Of a DNA stretch of 64,000 bases, positions 19,719 through 29,018 are shown piece after piece. The notes below the pieces were generated by a model that saw nothing but the letters and a program-made list of their open reading frames with translations, was not told the DNA's origin and ran no database searches. Location of the stretch: sequence record DRR723986_9380; one strand, given 5' to 3'. The number at the start of each line of letters is the position of its first letter. The stretch's first letter is position 1. The translations under genes were made by a program, and so were the position numbers.

Positions 19719-22700
19719 GGTTATAAGCACATATCTAATTATGCTTGGGTTTCTCATTAGCTATGCTAATACAGATAAGTATCGTATTATTATTTCTGAT
19801 AATCCGGCAACTTCAATAACTATCGCATGGAATCAAATCTCAGGTACTAATCCATTAGTGTACTTTGATACAACGGATCATGGTACAAATCATACCTTAT
19901 ACAATAATTCACAAGCTGTTAATAGGTCCGAAATGTACAAGGGCATGGATAACAGATTTGTAAGACTAACAGGTTTATTGCCTAATACTAATTACTATTT
20001 TATTATAAAGGATAGTCAAAGTACGAGTCAGCGTTTTTGGTTTAGAACTGCACCAAATGATAATAGTAGTCTATCATTTATTGCTGGCGGTGATTCAAGA
20101 AATAATAGAGTACCAAGGCAAAATGCTAACCTATTAGTTAGTAAATTAAAGCCACATGCTGTGTTTTTTGGAGGTGACATGACCGATGATGATACAGATC
20201 TTGAATGGCAAAATTGGTTTGATGATTGGCAATTAACAATTGCAAGTGACGGTAGAATGTTTCCTATTATTCCGGCACGAGGTAATCATGAAGATGATAC
20301 TGATGGTATTTATAAACTTTTTGATACTCCAAATACAGATTCATATTACGCAATTACTTTTGGTGATAATTTAATAAGAGCTTATACTTTAAATACTGAA
20401 ATATCTGTATTAGGTAATCAGTTAACCTGGTTGCAAAATGATTTAAGTACTGCACCTGCGTCCTTAAAATGGAAAATGGCACAGTACCATAAGCCAATGC
20501 GTCCTCATACAGCTTGGAAAGCTGAAAACAATAACCAATATAGTGCTTGGGCAGATTTATTCTATAATCAAGGTGTAAGGCTTGTTGTAGATTGTGACTC
20601 ACATATGGCAAAAACAACATGGCCAGTTAAACCTTCTTCGGAGCCAGATAATGATGAAGGTTTTGTAGTAGATCAAACTAACGGAACAGTTTATACAGGT
20701 GAAGGATGTTGGGGTGCGCCACTAAGACCAAATGATGATGATAAGAGTTGGACCAGAAACTCGGGTTCTTTTAATCAGTTTAAGCTAATTTTTGTAGATG
20801 CGAGTAAAATAGAATTAAGAACAATAAGAGTAAATAATGCATCTAGTGTTAGTGAAGTTAGTAATACTGATCCTTTTACTTTGCCCTCTCAATTAGATGT
20901 TTTTAACCCACCAACTGGTGATGTAGTAACAATAACGAATGCACCAGATACCTCGTGTCCACCAGCATATACACCTTGTGATGATGGAAATCCTAATACC
21001 GTATATTCTGTTGAAGATGGTTCTTGTAACTGTATAGGTTTAAATGCTGCATTGGTAGATGATTTAGTTACCGAAGTATCTTCAGGAAATGACGATGCTG
21101 AAGAAACTGTATCTACAGGTACGATGTATTTAAATAGTACTGATTTAGAGTTGATTAGAGATGCTAACGATCAAGTTGTTGGTGTAAGATTTGATAGTGT
21201 GGAACTTCCTGATGATGCTACATTTTTACAAGCCTATGTGCAATTTACTTCAGACGAATTTGCAAATACCATTGACCCTACAAATTTAATTATTCATGGA
21301 GAACTTTCTTCCAATAGTCAATCTTTTGGTAATTCGACAAACAATATTTCTTCAAGGACAACAACTTCAAATTCAGAGACATGGGCTAATTTAAGAAGTT
21401 GGAGTTCAAATGGAGTATCTAGTCCTATCGAGCGTACTCCAAATTTGGTTGATATTGTAAACGAAATTGCTGCACTACCAGGCTGGGATTCGGGAGATCC
21501 AATGACCTTTATTTTTTCGGGAATAGGTAGACGTGTTGCACGCGCATACGAAGGTGGTGGTGCTCCAAAACTATTATTAATTTACTTACATAACAGACCA
21601 ATTATAGACGCGTTTGTCGGTACACAAAGTCAATGTGATGATTTTGATGACACCTACTCACAAGAAATTACCTTAGTTTATAATAATCCTCCTTCAACAG
21701 GAAGTTTAAATGTTAATGGACAACTATTTTCAATAGGATCTAGCCCACAGACTGTTACATTAACTGGTCTTGATGCTAATGGTTTAGATGTTGATTTAAA
21801 TGCATTTTTCACTAATCAACCTACTAGTATATATTCCGTAGATAGCTTTTATGAAGCACCGAGTAATTGCAGTAACAATGGCATACCAGATAATAATCCA
21901 GATGATAACGTAAATCTTGCACTCTTGTCAGAAGCCACTGTAAGTGGTTCTGTAAGCGGTGAAAGAGGAAACCCATTTACTATATTATATAATCCTTCGA
22001 TTGACGATTATCATATTGTTTCAAGCTATAATGAGTATGGTGTCAATTATAACGAAAACATTGGTACACCAACAGCAGAAGATGGTTTTAAATGGCAAGT
22101 TAATTGGCCTAATGTGAATTACATCAATTACATCACTTTTGGTGGATCGTATCCTAATCAGCCTCAACCTAATACAATGTGGAGAATTAGTTATCGTAGA
22201 GATGGTAACTGGATTGTTTTAGATGAAGGACAAGGTGGCTGGATAGATTCTGGTATATACGAATGGGGAGGTCCAACAGAAAATCCAATCGAAGCTGATG
22301 CTTTGAGAGTGCAGTTATACAGTGATGGTGTAAGTCAGGTCATAAGTATACACCTTAGAGGTCGTGGTGGTGTCTCTACCCAAATCGATGACAGTGCTAC
22401 CACTCCCAAGGCCACGCTAGTTCAGTATTTATCTCCTGGAAATAGTTGTAATGTTTCTGTACCAGCAAATACGCAATTATATTGTAATAATGAATGGATT
22501 TATGGTGATGGCCCTAGTGATGTAACAGGAAGTACAAATATAATTATCGCGGATGGTACCTATATAATTAATGAAGATTCTAATATTGAAGTTAATGATA
22601 TAGAAATAGCAAGTGGTGCATCATTACTTATAGAAGAAGGAGCCAGCTTAACAGTTAATGGTGATTTAATTAATAACGGTAATGTAGAGTTACTATCTAT

Positions 22701-24087
22701 CTCTACTAAATATTCTAGTTTAATTGTAGAAGGAATAAGCACAGGAAATGTAACCTATAAACGACACGTTAATGCATATAATGGATCAACAGGAAAAGAT
22801 TTAATATCATCACCAGTAATGGGTCAAAATTTTGGCGATTTCGCTACTACTAATCCTAATTTATTTGAGAATCCAGGAAACTCGTCTCAGAAATTATTTG
22901 GTCCATTTAATGAGATTTCAGGTAATTACGAGGTTTATTCAACCATTAATAATTCCTCTACAATTATTACAAAAGGAATGGGCTTTAGAGCTGCACGAGA
23001 TTCTAATAAAGATAATAATTATGGTTCTACTTTAACGTTTACGGGTGAATTAGAAACAGGATCTGTGAATGTGCCTATAACTGAGTCGGCCACTGCATTT
23101 AGTGGTTGGAATTTAGTAGGTAATCCTTATTCATCATATTTAGATTTTGACACATTCTATAACTTAAATAAAATTGAGTTAGATCAGAGCGTACATCAAG
23201 CCATTTACGGATATGACGGCAATGCTTCAGACGGATGGATTATTCTAAATAATCTAAGTTCTGGAACATTAATAGCGCCAGGACAAGGGTTTTTTGTGAA
23301 AACAAAAACAGGTGGTGGAACAATTACATTCACACCAGAAATGCGCGTTAGTGGCGCAACAGACGATTTTATACTCGGTCGATTAAATCAGAATAACTTT
23401 GATCACATAAAATTGAATATATCAAATTCGTCTTCAGAATATAGCACTGATTTTTACTTCTCAGAAAATGCTACATTAGGTTTGGATACTGGCTATGATG
23501 CAGGATTATTTAATAGCGATGCCACAGATTTTTCTATATATTCTAATCTAGTTCAGAATAACTTAGGAGAGCCTTTAGCTATACAAGTTTTAAATACTGA
23601 AGCTATTAGTAATGTAACTATACCTTTAGGTGTAAATGCTTTGCAAGGAGAACAAATAACAGTAAGCATTACAGAATTAGATATACCAGAGGGTATTAAT
23701 ATTTATTTAGAGGACGTTTATACTGGTACTTTTACCCTATTAAATACTAACGATTATATATTTACAACAGATAGTAATATTAGTGGGATAGGTAGATTTT
23801 ATTTAAGATTCCAAACAGGTGTACTTAATAATCCAGAACAAGCTTTTGATGCTATTAGGATTTATAACGATTATAGCGCTAAAATCATTATTATTAATGG
23901 ACAATTAGAAAGTAAAACTACTTTAAATTTGTACGATATTCACGGTAGAAGAGTAACTTCACAAGAGCTTGATAATAGTATAATGAAACAACATATAGAT
24001 GTATCATTATTAAGTACTGGTATTTATATTGTAGAATTAAAAGATAGTTTAAATCAAAGACGACTTAAGAAGATAGTTATAAAATAA
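19708..24087 (+). CDS. T9SS-secreted metallophosphoesterase: FN3/PAP-N domain, calcineurin-like phosphoesterase, accessory domains and type A CTD
   Basis: ATG 19708 gives a signal peptide; GGDSR, GGDMT, RGNHE, QYHKP and CDSH motifs; C-terminal LYDIHGRRV…LSTGIYIVEL…KKIVIK. Confidence 0.85.
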   Translation: MRARVISTYLIMLGFLISYANTDKYRIIISDNPATSITIAWNQISGTNPLVYFDTTDHGTNHTLYNNSQAVNRSEMYKGMDNRFVRLTGLLPNTNYYFIIKDSQSTSQRFWFRTAPNDNSSLSFIAGGDSRNNRVPRQNANLLVSKLKPHAVFFGGDMTDDDTDLEWQNWFDDWQLTIASDGRMFPIIPARGNHEDDTDGIYKLFDTPNTDSYYAITFGDNLIRAYTLNTEISVLGNQLTWLQNDLSTAPASLKWKMAQYHKPMRPHTAWKAENNNQYSAWADLFYNQGVRLVVDCDSHMAKTTWPVKPSSEPDNDEGFVVDQTNGTVYTGEGCWGAPLRPNDDDKSWTRNSGSFNQFKLIFVDASKIELRTIRVNNASSVSEVSNTDPFTLPSQLDVFNPPTGDVVTITNAPDTSCPPAYTPCDDGNPNTVYSVEDGSCNCIGLNAALVDDLVTEVSSGNDDAEETVSTGTMYLNSTDLELIRDANDQVVGVRFDSVELPDDATFLQAYVQFTSDEFANTIDPTNLIIHGELSSNSQSFGNSTNNISSRTTTSNSETWANLRSWSSNGVSSPIERTPNLVDIVNEIAALPGWDSGDPMTFIFSGIGRRVARAYEGGGAPKLLLIYLHNRPIIDAFVGTQSQCDDFDDTYSQEITLVYNNPPSTGSLNVNGQLFSIGSSPQTVTLTGLDANGLDVDLNAFFTNQPTSIYSVDSFYEAPSNCSNNGIPDNNPDDNVNLALLSEATVSGSVSGERGNPFTILYNPSIDDYHIVSSYNEYGVNYNENIGTPTAEDGFKWQVNWPNVNYINYITFGGSYPNQPQPNTMWRISYRRDGNWIVLDEGQGGWIDSGIYEWGGPTENPIEADALRVQLYSDGVSQVISIHLRGRGGVSTQIDDSATTPKATLVQYLSPGNSCNVSVPANTQLYCNNEWIYGDGPSDVTGSTNIIIADGTYIINEDSNIEVNDIEIASGASLLIEEGASLTVNGDLINNGNVELLSISTKYSSLIVEGISTGNVTYKRHVNAYNGSTGKDLISSPVMGQNFGDFATTNPNLFENPGNSSQKLFGPFNEISGNYEVYSTINNSSTIITKGMGFRAARDSNKDNNYGSTLTFTGELETGSVNVPITESATAFSGWNLVGNPYSSYLDFDTFYNLNKIELDQSVHQAIYGYDGNASDGWIILNNLSSGTLIAPGQGFFVKTKTGGGTITFTPEMRVSGATDDFILGRLNQNNFDHIKLNISNSSSEYSTDFYFSENATLGLDTGYDAGLFNSDATDFSIYSNLVQNNLGEPLAIQVLNTEAISNVTIPLGVNALQGEQITVSITELDIPEGINIYLEDVYTGTFTLLNTNDYIFTTDSNISGIGRFYLRFQTGVLNNPEQAFDAIRIYNDYSAKIIIINGQLESKTTLNLYDIHGRRVTSQELDNSIMKQHIDVSLLSTGIYIVELKDSLNQRRLKKIVIK

Positions 24088-24105
24088 TTTATAAGTAATG
24101 GAGCT

Positions 24106-24139
24106 AAAAAACCACAAGATAATTCTTGTGGTTTTTTTT
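24106..24139. terminator. Bidirectional intrinsic terminator between convergent genes
   Basis: AAAAAACCACAAGA-taat-TCTTGTGGTTTTTTTT. Confidence 0.9.
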
Positions 24140-24169
24140 GATTTAGTTAGTTGTTAGTTAAGACAAAAC

Positions 24170-24550
24170 CTATAATACTTCTAAAAAGTAATCCATCATT
24201 TCTTCCTTAAGATCATAATGTAGTTTTATATATGTTCTCATGTCTTCCTTTAGAGTATGTTGCTCATTTTGAAGTATTCCATCTATATTTTCATTAATAT
24301 CTACACTATTAATGTTTGCCATTTTATTACGACATCTATGCAATAATTTAGAAATAGCATCCTTTTCTATCATAATTCTATTTTGAAAAACTTCTAACTT
24401 CTTTAAAGCTAGAGGATCTTCAATACGCGCTACAGTTTCTTCTAATTTTTCTTGAAATGTATCCATTTCGTTAAAATGAAATCGTAATTCTCTTTTCCAG
24501 GTGTCTATATTAAACTTTAAATCGCTTAAATACATTACTTTACTTTCCAT
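24170..24550 (-). CDS. Helical hypothetical protein co-transcribed with the EF-G paralog
   Basis: 126-aa ORF 12 nt downstream of EF-G2, with WKRELRF motif and amphipathic helical pattern. Confidence 0.75.
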   Translation of the reverse strand: MESKVMYLSDLKFNIDTWKRELRFHFNEMDTFQEKLEETVARIEDPLALKKLEVFQNRIMIEKDAISKLLHRCRNKMANINSVDINENIDGILQNEQHTLKEDMRTYIKLHYDLKEEMMDYFLEVL

Positions 24551-24562
24551 GTCTGTGATAAT

Positions 24563-26683
24563 TTATGTGGTTATTAATTCTTGTTCTTTTACTAATTGTT
24601 TTTGTATATGATTTGGTACTGCGGCATATCCTTCAAATTTTGAAGAGTAGGTGGCTCTGCCTTGTGTAATAGATCTAAGCTGACTTGAAAAATCTGTTAG
24701 TTTAGCTGAAGGAATTGTGCATTTTAATATCTGATAATGAGCCTCAGTTTCTATGCCTTGTATCACTGCTCTCCTACTTTGTAATTCTGTCATTACATTA
24801 CCAACCATTTGCTCAGGTGCTCTTAATGTCATCTGTTCTATTGGTTCTAATAATTTAGGATTAGCATTTAAAAATGCTTCTTTAAAAGCATGAGCGCCAG
24901 CAATTTTAAATGATATGTCATTTGAGTCTACAGCATGCATTTTACCATCATATACCATAACTCTTACATCTCGGATATAAGATTTAGTTAATGGTCCAGA
25001 TTCCATAACCTCTAGTATACCTTTCATAACTGAAGGTAAGTAACGTTGATCAATAACGCCACCGATGATACAGTTATAAAATACTAATCTCCCATCCCAA
25101 GGTAAATCAACAACTTCCTTGCCTCTAAGAGAGAATCCTTCTGGTTCTGGCATCCCTTCATAATAGGGTTCTATTTTTAGGTGAACCTGACCAAATTGCC
25201 CAGAACCACCACTCTGTTTCTTATGTCTGTAATTTACAGTTGCACTTCTCTGAATAGTTTCTCTATATGAAATCTTAGGAGATTCAAATCTTGGTTTAAC
25301 CTCGTAAATGTTCTCTAGCAGCCATTTAAGAGTAGCTAAATGCAATTCTCCTTGTGTACCAACTAATGTTTGATGAGTTTCGCTATTATAACTCAAATCT
25401 ACAGTAAGATCTTGGCTATGAATTCGCTTTAATGCTTCGCTTAATTTTTCCTCTTCAGCAGTATTCTCTGCAAAAACGGCCTTTACAAGTCTAGGCTGTG
25501 GGAATTTTATAGGCTTAATTGTACCACCTTTTGGTGAGGTAGCCAATGTATCGTTGGTTTCTGTATATTTTAGTTTTGTCGTTGCACCAATATCACCAGT
25601 TGTTAATTTTTCAACGGAATGCTTCTCTTTACCATCCATGATAAATAACTGATTCAACGTTTCAGATTCGCCAGTTATTGTATTATACAATTTATCATTA
25701 ACCTTAACTTCACCAGATTTTACTTTAAAAAAGGTAATCTGCCCTAAATTAGGTTGGTAAATTGTTTTAAATACAAACAGCGATGTATCTGCATCCACTT
25801 CGGGTTTAATTAGATCTCCTTCTATGGTTTGTTCTGGTTTTAAATCTGCTGCTGCAGGAGCTACATTATCAATAAAGCCCATTAATCTGCCAGTTCCCAT
25901 ATCCTTTAAAGCAGAAACACAGAATACAGGGAAGAAATCATGGTTCAGCATACCAAGTTTAATTCCTTGTCTTAATTCATTTTCATTAAGAGTTCCTTTA
26001 TCAAAATAAAGTTCCATCAACTCTTCATCATTTTCTGCGGCTTTTTCAACTAGTTCATTATGAAGTTCTGTTGCATATTCTAATTGATCATCTGGAATTG
26101 GTAATTTTTCTGGCTTACCACCATCTGGTCCAAATTTGTAGCACTTCATTTTTAATACATCAATAATGCATTGTGCGCCATCAATTTTAACAGGATACTG
26201 CACTAGTACAGCATTTTTGCCGACTAATTCAGTAAGACTATTAAAACTCTTTTCAAAATCTGCCTTTTCACTAACAATTTTATTGATTACAAATAAGGTT
26301 GGCTTATGGTATTTGTCTACATAATTCCAGATAATTTCTGTACCAATATCGGCTCCGTGTTTTGCATTAATAACTGTAACAATAGTGTCAGCAACACGTA
26401 TTGATGACATTATTTCTCCAATAAAATCATCTAATCCTGGAGTGTCTATAATATTAATTTTATAGTTGCGCCATTCTGTATGCAAAGGTGTAGCAAAAAC
26501 AGAAGCACCGCGTTGGTGCTCAAATTCATGGTAATCCGATATCGTATTTTGTTGCTCTACAGTGCCTCGTCTGTTTATTAGTCCAGCCTCATAGAGCATG
26601 GCTTCAGATAAGGTGGTTTTGCCAGCACGATGTGTACCAACAAAAGCCACATTTTTAATGTGCTTGTTATCAAATACTTTCAT
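24563..26683 (-). CDS. fusA2: Elongation factor G paralog (EF-G2 type)
   Basis: G1 GTHRAGKTT, DTPG, GELHL, YRETI, HKKQSGGSGQFG, HAVDSNDISF and LLEP; degenerate GTPase motifs mark it as the paralog rather than canonical fusA. Confidence 0.9.
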   Translation of the reverse strand: MKVFDNKHIKNVAFVGTHRAGKTTLSEAMLYEAGLINRRGTVEQQNTISDYHEFEHQRGASVFATPLHTEWRNYKINIIDTPGLDDFIGEIMSSIRVADTIVTVINAKHGADIGTEIIWNYVDKYHKPTLFVINKIVSEKADFEKSFNSLTELVGKNAVLVQYPVKIDGAQCIIDVLKMKCYKFGPDGGKPEKLPIPDDQLEYATELHNELVEKAAENDEELMELYFDKGTLNENELRQGIKLGMLNHDFFPVFCVSALKDMGTGRLMGFIDNVAPAAADLKPEQTIEGDLIKPEVDADTSLFVFKTIYQPNLGQITFFKVKSGEVKVNDKLYNTITGESETLNQLFIMDGKEKHSVEKLTTGDIGATTKLKYTETNDTLATSPKGGTIKPIKFPQPRLVKAVFAENTAEEEKLSEALKRIHSQDLTVDLSYNSETHQTLVGTQGELHLATLKWLLENIYEVKPRFESPKISYRETIQRSATVNYRHKKQSGGSGQFGQVHLKIEPYYEGMPEPEGFSLRGKEVVDLPWDGRLVFYNCIIGGVIDQRYLPSVMKGILEVMESGPLTKSYIRDVRVMVYDGKMHAVDSNDISFKIAGAHAFKEAFLNANPKLLEPIEQMTLRAPEQMVGNVMTELQSRRAVIQGIETEAHYQILKCTIPSAKLTDFSSQLRSITQGRATYSSKFEGYAAVPNHIQKQLVKEQELITT

Positions 26684-26817
26684 ATACTTTGTGATTTTTA
26701 TCGATTAGAATTCCTTAAAAATTATACCTTTAAAGGTACTTTTACTTTAAAAGAAAAAACATGATATAAGTTAGGTTTTCAATATTTTTATCATGTCATT
26801 AAATTGCAACTAACAGT

Positions 26818-27636
26818 TTGACCAATTACTATAGTTTTAAAGAAAGATTTGAAGGATTTCAGGATACTCCATTACTCTGGAATGGTATTGAATTACATGG
26901 TCTTGAACAATATTATCCACAACGTACTTCACAGCAATATGTAGTAAAATCACAGCAAAAAAAACTAAGGTTAGGTAAATGGGTAGAGCAATTTGTCTCA
27001 CATCAGCTAAGAAATGACAAAAGTATTAAAGTCTTTGAAGAGAACATTCAGATCAAGGACAATAAAATTACCATAGGTGAACTCGATGTGTTATTAATTC
27101 AAGATGACATGCCAATGCACGTTGAAATAATTTACAAATTCTATTTGTTTGATGACACTATAGAGACCATGAATCCCATTGATAAGTGGGTTGGACCAAA
27201 TAGAAACGATGCGCTGGTCTATAAGCTTAAGAAGCTAAAAGAAAAACAACTACCATTACTTTATTCAGAGAACACACAAGATGTGCTTAAAAGGCATAAT
27301 ATTAAACTAGGTGATATTAAACAACGTGTTTGCTTTAAAGCTCAGCTTTTTTTGCCATTAAAAAACCGCAGTATAGATATTAGTCCATTAAATACTGATT
27401 GTATTGTTGGCTGGTTTATTAGCTTTAAGGATTTTGACAACCTAAAGGAATTTCAGTTTTATATACCCGAAAAACTAGATTGGTTATCTAAACCAACTCT
27501 CAGTGTAACTTGGCACAGTTATATAAAGTCTCAAGTAGAATTAGAACAAATTATACAGAATAAACAATCACCTTTATGCTGGTTAAGAACCGCTAATGAT
27601 GAACTGTTTAAATGTTTTATAACGTGGTGGGAATGA
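26818..27636 (+). CDS. DUF1853-family protein (PD-(D/E)xK-like)
   Basis: RLGKWVE, TIGELD, HVEIIYKFYL and WVGPNRND motifs; TTG start. Confidence 0.8.
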   Translation: MTNYYSFKERFEGFQDTPLLWNGIELHGLEQYYPQRTSQQYVVKSQQKKLRLGKWVEQFVSHQLRNDKSIKVFEENIQIKDNKITIGELDVLLIQDDMPMHVEIIYKFYLFDDTIETMNPIDKWVGPNRNDALVYKLKKLKEKQLPLLYSENTQDVLKRHNIKLGDIKQRVCFKAQLFLPLKNRSIDISPLNTDCIVGWFISFKDFDNLKEFQFYIPEKLDWLSKPTLSVTWHSYIKSQVELEQIIQNKQSPLCWLRTANDELFKCFITWWE

Positions 27637-28193
27637 AACATAAGTATTATAAAATATACAAGCCTTATGGCTATTTAAGTCAGTTTGTAAATCGACAAAC
27701 AAAACGCAAATCTAAAAAGCTATTAGGTGACGTATTTCAATTTAATGAAGATGTAATGGCTGTTGGCCGTTTAGATGAAAAATCTGAAGGATTATTATTA
27801 TTAACATCTGATGGCAAATTTAGTAATTACATCACAGGCTCAAAAGTAGAAAAGGAATACCATGTTATGGTAGATGGCATTATAGAATCGATTAATATTA
27901 ACCAATTAATCGATGGAGTGGAAATTTCTGTAGATGGTAAGGCTTATACAACTAGAGCTATTAAAGCGAGTATATTAAATGATACATCTCATATTTATGA
28001 CAGATTTGTAAGAGATAATAGGCATGGTCCTACAAGTTGGTTGTCAATTACTATTAATGAAGGGAAGTTTAGACAGGTTAGAAAAATGACTGCCAAAATA
28101 GGATATCCAACCTTGCGATTAGTTCGAGTTAGAATAGGTGATTTTCATTTAAAGGCTATGAAACCTGGTGAAGCAGAACCGTTTAATTATTAG
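27633..28193 (+). CDS. RsuA/RluE-family pseudouridine synthase
   Basis: KPYGYLSQF, GRLDEKSEGLLLLT and EGKFRQVRKM…LRLVRVRIG; ATG 27633 overlaps the upstream stop (ATGA). Confidence 0.9.
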   Translation: MKHKYYKIYKPYGYLSQFVNRQTKRKSKKLLGDVFQFNEDVMAVGRLDEKSEGLLLLTSDGKFSNYITGSKVEKEYHVMVDGIIESININQLIDGVEISVDGKAYTTRAIKASILNDTSHIYDRFVRDNRHGPTSWLSITINEGKFRQVRKMTAKIGYPTLRLVRVRIGDFHLKAMKPGEAEPFNY

Positions 28194-28920
28194 AGGCCTC
28201 TTCGGTCTCTTCTGAAGATTTTTCCTTTATAACAGTTTTTTCATTATTAAAGATAATGGTTGCTTTAACACCTGTTAAAAGATTCCATTCTTTAGAAGAA
28301 ATTACTTTTCCTTTATCATCATAAACTACAAACTCGGCTGTGTTAGGGCCAGATTCACCTTGATTTAAAGCTGTGATTTCAACAATATTTTTACCTTCAG
28401 CTAAATTCACCTCTACCCTTCTGTAGTTATTTGTGAGTAAGAGATTGGCTTTTATTAAATAGCCATTAAGCACAATTTGAACACGATCACCATCGGCATA
28501 TTCATGGTCTCTACAAATGATATTTACAAACTTAGTGTCAACATTATGTTCGCCCAAAAACTGATCTGACATGGTTCTAATAATTCCGCCTTTGGTAGCT
28601 TCCTTTTTCCAACGTTTTTCAAAGATTTCGCCTGGATTTTTTAGACCATCATTCTCAGTCATGGAAAAAGGCTTTTCAGATTCTCTAATGACAAACTTCT
28701 TTTCTAAGGGTTTGGAGTTACCACTTAAACTATCTTTTGATTTATCTAACTTGGGAGCAACTTTTATTTTTACAGGTGTTGAATCTTTTTTCTTCTTTGA
28801 GGGCTCAGCAGGTATACGAATAGACTTGTTCTCTTTGTCTTTAATTTTCTTTACCTGAGAAAAGGCCAAAGTACCACATAACATGCAGAATAAGAATAAT
28901 ATGGACTTTAAAGGTTTCAC
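28183..28920 (-). CDS. Secreted hypothetical protein with a beta-sandwich-like C-terminal domain
   Basis: GTG start and signal peptide; RDHEYADGDRV…ALNQGESGPNTAEF region. Confidence 0.7.
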   Translation of the reverse strand: MKPLKSILFLFCMLCGTLAFSQVKKIKDKENKSIRIPAEPSKKKKDSTPVKIKVAPKLDKSKDSLSGNSKPLEKKFVIRESEKPFSMTENDGLKNPGEIFEKRWKKEATKGGIIRTMSDQFLGEHNVDTKFVNIICRDHEYADGDRVQIVLNGYLIKANLLLTNNYRRVEVNLAEGKNIVEITALNQGESGPNTAEFVVYDDKGKVISSKEWNLLTGVKATIIFNNEKTVIKEKSSEETEEASNN

Positions 28921-29018
28921 TACTTTTTTAGACTAGTTATTGTTTATATTCTTGTGGTACAAAAACCATACCTACTTCAAAATAAACGTATAAAAATGTA
29001 AATCCTTACAAAAAAACG

